A stretch of 63,158 nt of DNA, the filler included, from Sphacelaria rigidula (taxonomy: Eukaryota), in assembly GCA_964200075.2 (NCBI GenBank). It is 7 parts of 7 records of this genome, joined end to end, with 100 filler letters (N's around TTAATTAATTAA, not from the genome) between each part and the next. Parts side by side here need not be neighbours in the genome. Positions count along the whole stretch, not along the records: positions 45,188 to 54,123 come from CAXNAA020009704.1; positions 54,224 to 63,158 come from CAXNAA020009705.1; 5 more parts are not named here. The stretch is one strand, 5' to 3'. Positions 49,713 to 61,700 of the stretch are shown piece after piece. How positions within the stretch are numbered: the stretch's first letter is position 1; every line of letters starts with the position of its first letter. The translations under genes were made by a program, and so were the position numbers. The notes under the pieces were generated by a model. It worked only from the letters and a program-made list of their open reading frames with translations, did no database searches and had not been told where the DNA came from.

Positions 49713-51984
49713 TCACTTCGTGGCCTTCACCTGCCCCCCGCCCCCAGTAGTACCCATGCCCATCACGGTCTTGAACGTGTCGTAGATCCACCACTGGAGA
49801 CCTATGTTGAAAACAAATAGACGCACAAGGACGCTAAATTCCAATGGTTTGTAACTCCTCTACTTCGTCGCAGTATGTATCTTCGAGAAGAAGGGGAAAA
49901 AAAGTAGCGAGCTACACGAGGTCTTGCTTGCAATAAATATCTGAAGAATACATGTGACATGTGTTTTGCACGCTCTTCGATTAATTTGATTTGATTGTCG
50001 CACTTTAACTGACCACCCATGGGTCCAGCCGTGGTCTCAGGATAAACGTACCCAACAAAGGCAAAACTGAAACACTTGCTCAAGAGAAGAAGGAATACAA
50101 AAAAAAGTTGAACAGAACGCGCACCCTGAAGAAGAGTATTACATTGATCGGCAAAACGTGTGCTGCGTACAGCTACCGAATCTTTCGTCTATTGCAACAG
50201 CGGACAATTGATTGGATACTGCGCGCAGTTCATGTTTTACCAACGCAATCTTTTGTCCCGGGGGGCGGTGATGTTTTAAGCGGTGATGCCCGACGACAGT
50301 CCTGAAATAATTATGTAAAGCGTCTCTTCATGATCTTGACGCTACCAGCATTTCCGTTAGTCAAGCGACTGCCCTGCTGAATATGTTATTATGGGAGAGT
50401 ATCTTGCTGTATCGACCGCCTTTTGATATTCACCGCGGGTACATCTATTCTGTGACGACAGTCGGATTCATAGCGCAACAGCGCATACAAGACAAATCCG
50501 ATAAAGCCACCTATAGACGATCAGCGACTGAATCCAGTAGGTTGGCCCATAAAGCGCCCACAACGATAGATAACGAATAACTTAAAACTCAATCATCAAA
50601 TGGAAAACGACATTGACCCCACACAGATGGACATACCTGAGCGCATCGTAGGATACGGCGGCGTTCTCAGGGTGAGACATACGTACACTTACGCGTATTC
50701 AGCTCATGCGTTACAGTCAATCAACCACTCAATCAATATTCACTGCAGCACTCGAGCACACACTAAACGGAACTGTGTTGTCAAGCACCGTGGTTGATGA
50801 TTGCAGCAAAAGAGTCGGTGAAGTACTCTGTGTGCGCCCAAACACCAAACCAACACCCTCGCGCTCAAACCCACCTGTCAGTGTTCCAATCATGATGACG
50901 CGGGTGCCCAGGCCGCCCCACACGCCGTTGAAACCCAACTCCGACAGAATCTGCCCGGGGGTTTTCCCGCCCTTGCCCATCTAAATTTGAACACGATCAT
51001 GCAACCACACCAAGTTTTTCGGGATGCACAAGCTATGCGGTGTTAAGGCTAAACACATTTGGGGCTTCAGGTCATGACTTCGGGGAGAATGGCAGAACAG
51101 GACAAGTTTTCATCGGTATGCACAACCTATGCGGTGTTAAGACTACAAATTCGGGGCTTCGAGTCATGACTTTGGATAGAGTGGCAGAACAGGACTTGGA
51201 AAAAGGTGAACATGAGGGCAGAAAATAGCAAGTCCAGAAGCTGGATGAATCAAGCAATAGGCTCATGCCAGTAGAAGGATTGTAGGACCTCGAACGAGAA
51301 AGAGCGGAAAATCATGAAAACGCTCAACTCCAATACTTTAACCTGTAGAAGCTGTAGAAGTAGTGACTACAGCTACCAAGACGCGCAATGCACAAAAACC
51401 TGTGACTTCTCCAAGTGTTACGTGCTACGTAAAACGACAGGACGAGAAACGCACAAATTGTTATCTTCAACAGCAGACTATCCGGATACGTTTATGTTTA
51501 AACAATACGCTATGAAATACTGCTGGAGTTCCCTCAGTGAGTGCTCCGTTCGTTGACCTCGAGTACGGTATGGCCACCTTGTGATCACGGCGAAAGTTTT
51601 GGCGGGGCGGTTCAGGTGCGGCAATCCACCAATCCATGAATCGATCGACTCTCAACACCAAATATAGGCAGTGCGGTCATGGTAGCTGCTCGTAATTTCT
51701 GTTTTCCAAGTCCAAGACGGTGAATGAATGGATTCCCCCATGTTTGTACTGCTGGATTCATCGCAGACCAACCGATGTGATACGATCAGTCGAACACTCA
51801 ATCCGACAAATTTTGATTCCTCAATCGATCGGACCTTGGAGACAACGGTGTCGGCGGGATGCGACACAACAGCGCAGATGACGCCGGCCAGGTATCCTGA
51901 CGCGAAGGTGATGCCGAGCTGCGTGGTCTTATCGTAAGACGACTTCGGCTCCGTGAACACGTACGTGTAGAACCCCTCCACCAC
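49713..51984 (-). CDS. Mitochondrial phosphate carrier (SLC25A3/MIR1/PIC2 family), last three exons; 5'-partial
   Basis: Exons 51984-51835 (VVEGFYTYVF..QLGITFASGYLAGVICAVVSHPADTVVSK), 50980-50875 (MGKGGKTPGQILSELGFNGVWGGLGTRVIMIGTLT) and 49801-49713 (GLQWWIYDTFKTVMGMGTTGG..K*), all GT-AG and in phase. Confidence 0.92.
49980..50060 (-). mobile_element. 5'-truncated copy of the LINE/SINE type-1 tail
   Basis: TTGATTGTCGCACTTTAACTGACCACCCATGGGTCCAGCCGTGGTCTCAGGATAAACGTAC matches 33150-33210. Confidence 0.65.
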
Positions 51985-52088
51985 CTGGCAGTTGAATCGT
52001 GATCAAACAACGTCGACAGACGGCTGAGTTTTGTCAAAAGAAACGTGGCGACGAATCGACGGCATTTGACCATGGAACATCAAACAAC

Positions 52089-52341
52089 GACACTTTCTAC
52101 GATAGCCCCCCCCCCGAAATAGTGCTCGGTTTGGGAAGGCAAAATCTTCACGTAAATCGTGATGAGAAACGCCGAGCACAACGAGCAGCTGGCAATTCCC
52201 ACGATTGGGTTCATTCTCGCCAATATCGCCAGTATGAGGCGCTTCATGCTGCCTGAACTCAAACATCAGGCGCTGTATGGCCGTTTTTTTCGTGACACTT
52301 TTAGGCTGGTTTTGGGGGAGGGTTCTATCGTAGTAAGTGTC
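52089..52341 (+). mobile_element. MITE family C, complete 253-bp copy with 4-bp TSD (CAAC)
   Basis: CAAC-GACACTTTCTACGATAG ... CTATCGTAGTAAGTGTC-CAAC; another partial copy at ~53860-54022. Confidence 0.8.
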
Positions 52342-54499
52342 CAACGACGACAAGAAAGATGACCAAGTGTTGTGAAACAAACGTGATCAAGAGACGCAGG
52401 CAAATCATCATCAGAGGATTGTGGCCAGTGTACCCAATGACAACTATTTGTACGTGTGTACGCCTTCTGTGTACGATGTACATACATAATGTACAGTAGT
52501 TTTCAGTTGAAACAGGGGATTTCTGTAATTTTCTCGTAGTCACCGATTTTCGAAAGTGCTTTCGCGTGCCACCGCTCATCCCACTGAAGGTTTAACCCCA
52601 AAGTTTAGGGATCGGAAGGCACTTAGCATCCGCTCCACATTTCGAAAAAAAATAATCTCCGCACTCAACACCACACGACTGACAGGCGGACCCATTTCCG
52701 GGGGCCCGGCGACTATCCAACCCCAGGTTCTGACCCTTGTGTATTTCTGCTCGATTAAAGCAATCCTGATCGTTCTCGTAAACGAATGAAATGGATATTT
52801 CTTCAATGCCTACCTATTCGTTCCGCTAGACCCGAAACCCTGTGCGTCATGGACCTGTGACGGTCGATAACACCCTCCTAACAAACGACGTTTTTCTCCG
52901 TATCAGCCTGACAACACCAATTGAGGATGGTGTGCTGAGTACGGCCTGCTTCTATTCCTGATAAATATATTGACAATAGGACTTTCGAGTGCTAAGGTAG
53001 AACAATATACGAGAAAATTCAGAAAAACACTCAAAAACGAAAATTGCTCAACCGAGCTCCGCGTAGGACACATGAGGGAGGTGGAGGGGGGGGGCGTACT
53101 CATTTTTTGCTTGCCTTAGTCGTTTGACCACTGACCACGCATCCCTTTCGAGACGGAGCAACGGAGGGGGGGGAAGGGTGAAACATCCCGATCGCTCTCG
53201 CGAATAATGGTACAGGCTCTTGGATTATATTTGTACCTGTTTACTGCGCTAGAGCCGAGAAGAAACGTGTCTTGGACCCAAAACGGACAGAAACACCCCT
53301 CTTTCGATTCAGCCCATTAGTATTCCAATTTTAAGCATAGAGATCATTTTTGCTTCGCATTGTGGAGCCTACGCCTAGTATCTACCGATTTCTGAACTTC
53401 GGGAGCAAGCATTCACTGGGATAAGCGGCCCGCGAAAAAACTAATCAAAATCTCCGACACCGAACAAATTGCAAAAAAAAAGTCCTTCAGCTTAAAACTG
53501 TTATATTGATGTAACGCTGTTCAATATTGGTGTTGTCACTTTCACTTTCAATCGTGCACGAATTCGGGCGAGGAGACAAGTGGCGAGAGTCCGTCCGCAA
53601 ACCTGATAGATCATGACCAATTCAGGATCGCTGAACGTTTGGGACGGGAACTCCGTCGGTCAACCTGATCGATGGGTACATGCATGTGCCGAAGGGTGAG
53701 TCTGCGAAAATTATCAACCATCTAAAGACCCAATATCCGGCTGGCCACTACTGGGGGTACTGGCGTACACGTAACTTAGCTCCCGCGCCTCGGAGGTCCA
53801 AGCGGTACATCCTTGACCTGGATAGGGCGGACTTAAGGGTTCAAGTCCCGGCAAGTACGGACACTTTCTACGATAGTCCCTCCCAAAAACGTGGCTTATT
53901 TGGGGAGGCAAAATCTACACGTAAATCGTGATGAGAAACGCCGAGCACAACGAGCAGCTGGGAATTCCCATGCTTGGGTTCGTTTCCGCCCATGTCGCCC
54001 ATACTAGGCGCTTCATGCAGCCTTACCCTTTTCTATTACTTTGTTCATGTGTGCATCCCAAGAACAGTTTTTTTATATCTCTACGCCAAGGTATATAAAC
54101 TGGTCTACGATCGGTAGTTCCTCNNNNNNNNNNNNNNNNNNNNNNNNNNNNNNNNNNNNNNNNNNNNTTAATTAATTAANNNNNNNNNNNNNNNNNNNNN
54201 NNNNNNNNNNNNNNNNNNNNNNNAGCCTCCAATGAGTTGCTTTATTATCTGGTATCGCCACGTCCAGAGACAGCAATGGCTTATACACTGCCTCATGGGT
54301 GTCTCACCGAAGTCTTTTTAGGGAGTAAATGTAAGCGTATAAGTCGTGCCTCTTGCTCACTCTGTTACTTGGTTGTTGTAGTGTGGCACCCCAAATGTAT
54401 AACTACTTGAAGATGCCATGGTACCGATAATGCCTAGTGCTTCTGATAGGGTTTAAAATACTGGCTATGCTTTAGTGTGGTGTTCAAACCTACTTGTTT

Positions 54500-54589
54500 C
54501 AGTGTGTTCAGGAAGCGAGCAGTTTACCCATTGAACAAGTGAGCGCTCACTGGTTCAATGGGTAAACTATTCGCTTTCTGAACACAGTG
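54500..54589. repeat. 90-bp near-perfect loopless palindrome
   Basis: The arms pair around the centre AGTGAGC|GCTCACT (54544/54545) with about five mismatches. Confidence 0.85.
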
Positions 54590-54960
54590 TAGTATTGATA
54601 TTGTCGGCTTGATCTCGGTGATGTTTCATGAAGTGTTCGGTTCCAGCCTGGTCGGATTTTGATATCTGCTCAGTCTAGCAATGTCTCGAAAAGTGCTCAG
54701 TTCTACGGCGGAGTCGAAAACCACGTGATTCTATTTGATTTAGTTTTAGATGTTCGCGTGCCCGAAAGTTTGGATTTCCTGCCAGGGGGAGGGGGGGGCG
54801 GGCATGCGAAATTTCGATCTGCGGGTTTCCTTGTGCGAGCCAACAGACGACCGGCGGGAGGGTGGAATTCAAAGGGGGGTTCTTGATGATAGCAGTTTAC
54901 GGAGACTGCGCGCGTAGGAAAGATACTCTCCGCTGGTCCCGGGTTCTGTTCGACTTGTCC

Positions 54961-56030
54961 GGCTTTTCTGGCACCGTGGCGCTACCAGGTAGCGCGACCG
55001 TTTGAGATTTGTGGCAGGTGTAAGCATTCCACACGTCGGACGAGCATGGGTGTGACTCGTGGCGCTCGCACTCGTTGGGTGTTCGTTGGCCGTAAAAAGT
55101 TACAGAGCGAGCACGCGAGTCATTGCTCGTTGTGGAAAACAAATAATACAGCGAGCACTCGAGTCATTACTCCTTGTGGAAAACAAATTAATAGGGTGAG
55201 CACTCGAGTCATTACTCCTTGTGGAAAACAAATAATACAGCGAGCACTCGAGTCATTGCTCGTTGTGGAAAGAAACTAATAGGGCGAGCACTCGAGTCAT
55301 TGCTCGTTGTGGAAAAAACATAATACGGCGAGCCCTCGAGTCATCGCTCGTTGTAGAAACAAACTAATAGGGCAAGCACTCGAGTCATTGCTCGTTGGCT
55401 GTTCTGGCACCGTGGCGCTACCAGGTGGCGCGACCGTTTGAGATTTGTGGCAGGTGTAAGCATTCCACACGTCGGACGAGCATGGGTGTGACTCGTGGCG
55501 CTCGCACTCGTTGGGCTGCTCGTCGGCCGTAAATAGTTATAGAGCGAGCACTCGAGTCATTGCTCGTTGTGGAAAACAAATAATACAGCGAGCACTCGAG
55601 TCATTGCTCGTTGTGGAAAGAAACTAATACGGCGAGCATTCGAGTCATTGCTCGTTGTGGAAAAAACATAATACGGCGAGCACTCGAGTCATCGCTCGTT
55701 GTGGAAAGAAACTAATAGGGCGAGCACTCGAGTCATTGCTCGTTGTGAAAAAAAATGATAGGGCGAGCCCTCGAGTCATTGCTCATCGTGGAGACAAACT
55801 AGTAGGGCGAGCACCAAAGTCATTGCTCGTTGAAAAACAAAGGAATGACTCCAATGCACGAGTCATTGCTCGTCGTGGAAGAGAAAAAATGACTCGAGCA
55901 CATGAATCATTGCTCGTTGTAAAAAAAAGTAACGACTCGAGCACACGAGTCATGCTCGTTGTGTTTCTAAAAACATCCACGAGTGCACTCGTTTCGACGA
56001 GTAATAACTCGTCCGACGTGTGAAGCATTC
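54961..56030. mobile_element. Non-autonomous hAT-like element (55466-56022; 15-bp TIR, 8-bp TSD) with an internal ~40-bp tandem array, preceded by a 436-bp duplication of its left flank and left end
   Basis: AAGCATTC-CACACGTCGGACGAG ... CTCGTCCGACGTGTG-AAGCATTC; unit core GCGAGCACTCGAGTCATTGCTCGTTGTGGAAA; 54961-55396 repeats at 55397 onward. Confidence 0.8.
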
Positions 56031-56295
56031 CTACCGGAGAGAGCGAGGAGATCGAGCTCGAAATCTCGAAACAGGCTTTGGGTACAAGTTGTGGTGTGTT
56101 CAAGAATCCAGCAAAAATAACTTCTCAGTGGGTGACGATAACACCTTCTAACTCTTACAAAAAGAACCACGAGAGTTGATGTGCTGCAGTCTACGATTCT
56201 TGCCACTTTTGTGTCCCCTGTTCAATAACTCCCTCCGTGCATTGCACATCTCGTTTATCCGGCTGCAGCCGCGAAGGCGAGACTGACGGATTGCT

Positions 56296-58795
56296 CTAAA
56301 TTGCAGGGGTCTCGATAAGCGGCGAGTCGGTCTTGTTCTCCGCCTCTGGGAATAACACCAAGGCTTTCCGCTGGAATCGATCTTCCAAAGCCTTGTCAGC
56401 AGCCTTACCGTGCCAGAGCATTAGGAGCGACATGAGCGCATACGTGACGCAGCCGAATGCAGTGGCAACGTATGCGTACTCCTCGGCGAGACTTCCCTTA
56501 CCCTGACACATAAGAATCGGCAGTTCGTGTCAGCCGCGGGGAAAACAACTGATTGTGAACTGGTGGAACCGGTCAAAAACAAAATAGTCGTTTCATATGG
56601 CCTGCAGTATCCGGCATTACGTACCACTCACTAAACACTGGATTTCGGATATTGCGGATGGATATATTCTTGAGGAGGAGCCTTGGGAACCTTCATAAGC
56701 ATTGAAATATTTTTGGAGGAGAAATGTAAATGCATTCTCCGACCGTGCTGCGTGGCCTCGCTCATCCTCAAAAACAAATCCAACCGCATTTTGTGAGGTT
56801 CCATGATAACAGAGGATGAGACAAATAAGAACAGTGTTTTATACGGGAACGAATAGAGACCGAAATTGTTGGGTATGAACACAGGATTTTGCAAATCCCG
56901 GATGGAGTATTTTGGGGATGAGCGAGGCCAGACATCACGACTGCAGAGTGCATTGGCAGATTTTTTCGAAAATATTTCGATGCTTCTGAAGGTTCTCAAG
57001 GCTCATTCTCAATCACAAACATCCGCAATCTTTAGAATCCGGCATTACCTGGGAGATTTCTTTCATCTCTCGGTCTGTCCAGCCAAAAAAGGAACTCGGA
57101 AATTCTAGCACTTCGACGCTTAGAAAACACGCATCCCAAGCGCATTTTCCCTTGTGAAGGCAAGCGTAGAGATCCAACCCCCTTTTGCGTTCGCGATGCA
57201 AGCGGAATTTGGCCCGACGAACACTCGTCGTACGGAATATTCCGCTTCTCAATGCCCAGGTTTACTGTGCTGTCTCGGTATAATAGGAGAGCGTCTGGCT
57301 GACGCCCGGGGAACGAGACTGGAGCGAGTGGAAGGAACGAGGTACTGCGGAAATTCTTCAAGGTAGCTAGTGCAGAAGTGGTGATGGTGTTTCCAAAGTT
57401 ACAACAAGAATATTCCTCAGCATGTGTCACACGGGGGCTGCGCGTTCTAATGCCATGGTTTGCTGTACTATCGCTCCTACCAACTACATTCCACGAAAAT
57501 GCCCGCATCCAGCTTAGTAAACGTTGCTCTTAAATAATATGCTGATGATTCGCGCAGAGTACAGATACCCCGTCCGTGCGATTGCTCACCTCACACAAAA
57601 ATCCTTGTTCGTTAAGAGTTGAGATAATTTGCTCTGTGAAGCTCTCTCTAACAGTCAAGTTGAATCCCAGAGCGCCGAAGCAAACAATCCAGAGGAGCAA
57701 CACTGTCGATACCTGAGTCGTTGAACGATAAGTATAAAATACGAATGGGAAAGGGGGACATGAAAAACGAAACAATGTAGCAGAGTAGAGCGCTGAAGAT
57801 CACATCCTACTGCGCAACGAGGTACCAGGAGTGCCGACTGGGTTTTGGCACCGATGCGTGATCAGCCCATTCTGCCTACTCCGTGGGATGGGGACTTTGG
57901 TTGCGTACGCTGGTGACCTGGTCTCTTCCCCTCTAATCTTGACACCCTTGTTGTTTGTATCTGCATCCTTCTCCTACCACCGATCACCCTCTGCCCCATT
58001 CCCTACTCTGCCTCTCCGCAGCACCACTCGCCTTGGCAATGGGAACAAAGACCGCTCGATTCGCCCGGAACTGTGTTTTTAACAGGAATCGCAGTGGAGT
58101 GTAGATAACGAAAATGTCAAATACCACGCCAGCGAAATGACCCACGGCCGTTAAAGCACCGAGTACGCCGCTGGCTACGTCCACGGCGCCTAGCCAATCC
58201 GCCGTGGGGATACTGGAGCCTGCAATACTTTCTTGTATAAAGTTGGAAGAGGTGAACAAACTGCTGCTGCCGCCGTTGACTCCCATGTCCATGAGGGCGC
58301 TATTTCTGTCACCCTGTTCGCTTGGCCCAGCCCCTTCGTACCAACCCCATCCGATGTCGTAGGTCTGAGCCCCGCTTGCCCTGTGCCGCGTGATCGGTGG
58401 GGCGTATTACGTCGATCAAATGTGCCCTGCGGCGCTCCAGTTATTGGCGGACAAAATCACCAAAACGAGGTCTTGCAACGCTAGCAGATACGTACGTGCG
58501 TCTGTTTCATAGATCGCAGCATCTGCTGATCAGGCGTTGAGACATGCACTCTGGAGAGAGAATCAGTGAAAAACTGGGGTCCAGCAGGTGATTCGTTGGG
58601 ATGCGCTGTGAAGGATAGGCACAGGGTGTAGTGCTTGCACATTTTGCTGGGGGGCTGAGTTCCCAAGGGGAAATGCTGCGGACAAGCATCAGAAAATCGC
58701 TGGCCATTGATCCTAGTGAGACGGTCCGTTCCACGACGACAGTTCACCTGTCATCCTCAACAAGCGAAACCACCCCTTCGCATTCGACGATCCAC
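56296..58795 (-). CDS. Hypothetical multi-pass membrane protein, last exons; 5'-partial
   Basis: Candidate in-phase GT-AG exons 58795-58748, 58219-58125, 57712-57590 and 56502-56296 give three hydrophobic segments and a stop after ..PLIETPAI. No family recognised. Confidence 0.55.
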
Positions 58796-61700
58796 CTGAA
58801 GTATCCCGACGAAACGCCCGTGAGGCCTGCCACGTGCGTCGCAAGCCCGCATAGACCGAGCAAAAACAGCAGGGGCACAAACACACTCGATTTTACCTGT
58901 TCCGACACCGGAGCAAGAATGGGGAAGTGAAAAAGTTACCTTCTCGACTTATTGCACGATGAAGCAACGAAGGCAGACGCTAGCTTTTTGCGGCGCTGGT
59001 ACGATACGCACGTACTTGGGTAGAAACCAGGACAAGACCTCCAAAGAAATGTAGGGGCTGGATTCACACGAAATCTCAGACCAGCAATGCCACCCTTTCA
59101 GTTGGGTAGTCGGCGACCGGAAGCCCGCCTAATCTTACGCCTTGGTTCTCACACACGGGAAGAAACCTACGACATAGCACAGCAGTCATCTGGACGTGCA
59201 TTCCGTCCACCTCAATCCGATACCACCTGTACAATAAGCTAGATCGTGGGTAGAAGGGGTGAGGCCCGAGCGAAGCGATGTATTTCACTTTCTCATTCGG
59301 ATGAAGACTAGGTCAAGATATCCAAGAATATTTTCCAAGAGGGTGTGAACGAAACATTCAAACGCGCGTGCGTGTACGTGAGCACTTGTCCGGATTTGGT
59401 GAATATTTGTATTATTTCGAGCTGTACACTTCATGAAACGCCACCAAACTAGTGGCGATTTGACCCAGACCTCGGGGGCTTTCTGAGGGGCCTCTTGCGT
59501 TCTCGGTGCTCCCTGGATACGTTCATGTATTTCAAGAGGTAAAAATGTTGCTGAGGAATTCTCAAGGTTTCATCTGGAAAATGCGAAATGTGTCGCGATT
59601 CTTGAACTCATAGCTCTAACTGTGTTGTACACCATATTTCTAACTCTGCACTCCATGCAACGTTGTCAAACCGATCGAAATTCATGCCCAACTTTAGATA
59701 TACCCCTAGGTTCTTGAGTTTTCACGTCACCGATGGGGAATGACAGGGACCAAGTCATGGTGAGGGAGGGGGTATTCTTGATCTTGACGTCTGTAATGCG
59801 TGGAGATATCAATGGGAATGTTGGTTCAAGCTGCAGTACTACATCGGGAGAATATCTTGTGTCTCTCGCGGTAGCGGGCGTGGACCTAAAGCCTCAATCT
59901 CAGGGCCTTGCTGCATTTGCAAACCAATCCATCTTTCACGTGGTCACATTACTTCCTGCTCTAGATGCAACGCACATGCATCCGGAGTGTGAGTGTTCCC
60001 CAGTAACAAAGCGTCAGTAGGGATCAGATGCTACGTTTTCTTCTAGCTCCGCTGTACAAACTGTGTGAGGAGGGCAGGTGCTACCACATACTCAAAAGGT
60101 TTTGTCTTTCTTCAGTACAGTAGAAGCAGCAGAAGCAGCAGAAGCAGCAAGTCGTACTGCTCAACGCTCTGCTGGCAGCGACTACACATCTCCATTACAT
60201 GGGCCTTTCGTAGCGGCATTGTCCATATCGGTGTTGACTTTACGTCGGGGGCAGATGATGTAGAGGTTCGCGACCGGCAATATGCGGTCCAACTGCAGCA
60301 GTGTGGCGGTAAAAAAATGTAGTCCTCCACTGTTGTTGTAGTTGGGACTATATGGTGCATGCGGACACTGCCATTAGGCTCTCTCTTTTTTTTGTCAACG
60401 TACAATGACAGTCGATGGCATCCGGCGGGTCGACCGCTGTGCGTGACTTCATTCCGGAGCGGCCGTGACCTGTCTGACAGCAATAACTGGACGTTTGTGT
60501 CCTGCTTGTTGATCTGTTCGGGTTGAGTTTGAATCATCTTGGGCATTTGTATCGTTTGGGGATGGCATTTGATATAGTTTGATCGAAGCAGTTTTTGTAA
60601 ACATTCTTCCAGTCGGCAGTCAATGCCTACTGGAATAAGCACCAAGAAAAGGGAAGTATGGTATGCGTGAGGTATGCACGTCGTATTTCTTATGGATAAT
60701 ACGCAATGATAGTGGGAAATATCCTCAAGTTGTAGACATGGTGCGGGTGCGGATGCAGGCTTTGAGCAGTATAAACCACGTTATTCAGGACCGTCCTCGT
60801 CATTTTCCGGACGTCAAAAATATGACTTTTTAACTTTACATGTCCTGTGACGTTGTGAATTACAGTATGTACGTAAACATAAGGCATCACGACAAGGCCC
60901 TGCCCTGTGGAACAGTGTCGTGGACTCCAAATTGTCATCTCTGCGTTAAGAATGAGACATAACCACGGTGCTTCTCCGCGGTAAACGAGCGTCGACACCA
61001 ACGGCATCTCTTTGTGCGGTAAATTGGTCTATTCTTCAACACTGTATTCAATACGGTACATTGGCAACGTTGCATGGTTGGTGTAGGCCGTGGGCATGGA
61101 TTCCTACTCACCATTTCGTTTAGCACATCTACCAGCTAGTGCATGCAGCTATTTATCGCTTCATTGGATCTATCGCTTGTGACTTCACCTCCTGTTTGAA
61201 CCCAACGTATCCCCTCTTCCACGTCGGTAAAGGTTTCCGACGGGCAATGTGTCCATTAGGCAGCAATATGATGCGCGGCTGCCGCCGTGCCCTCCGCCCT
61301 GACAGCGATTGACCTCTCTTGTTGTCACGAGTCCTTTTCGTAGAGTTGCTGCTATGGCCTATACCGAGCCTCAGTCGATGAGTTGGGGACAGGGCTGCGG
61401 TTGCCTTCGGCGCACCTTTGTCGATTGATGGCGAGGGTGGCGGGCGCCCAGTAGGACGCGTTGTTGGCTCTGACGACGGCTGCTTCTCGCCGTTTTTGCT
61501 GTTGGTACTGATGTGTGCGTCCATCTTCATCATCAATAGCGAAGCAAAGTCGCTCGACTCGTTTAGTGAACGTGGGTGGACGCGACTTAAGTTCTATATC
61601 TCTGTTTCGCAACGTTACTCAGTGTTATCCTGTATTCGTGCATCTTGTGCGCAGGGTATCACCCGATCCAACTCCTTTCCTTTCCTTTTTCTATCTGTAA

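Noticed and set aside
53560..53860. LTR-retrotransposon pol fragment
   Set aside because: It looks coding-like, but no motif could be identified with confidence.
55100..56000. CRISPR array
   Set aside because: The linkers are only ~10 nt and resemble each other, there are no cas genes, the context is eukaryotic, and the array sits inside a TIR/TSD-bounded element.
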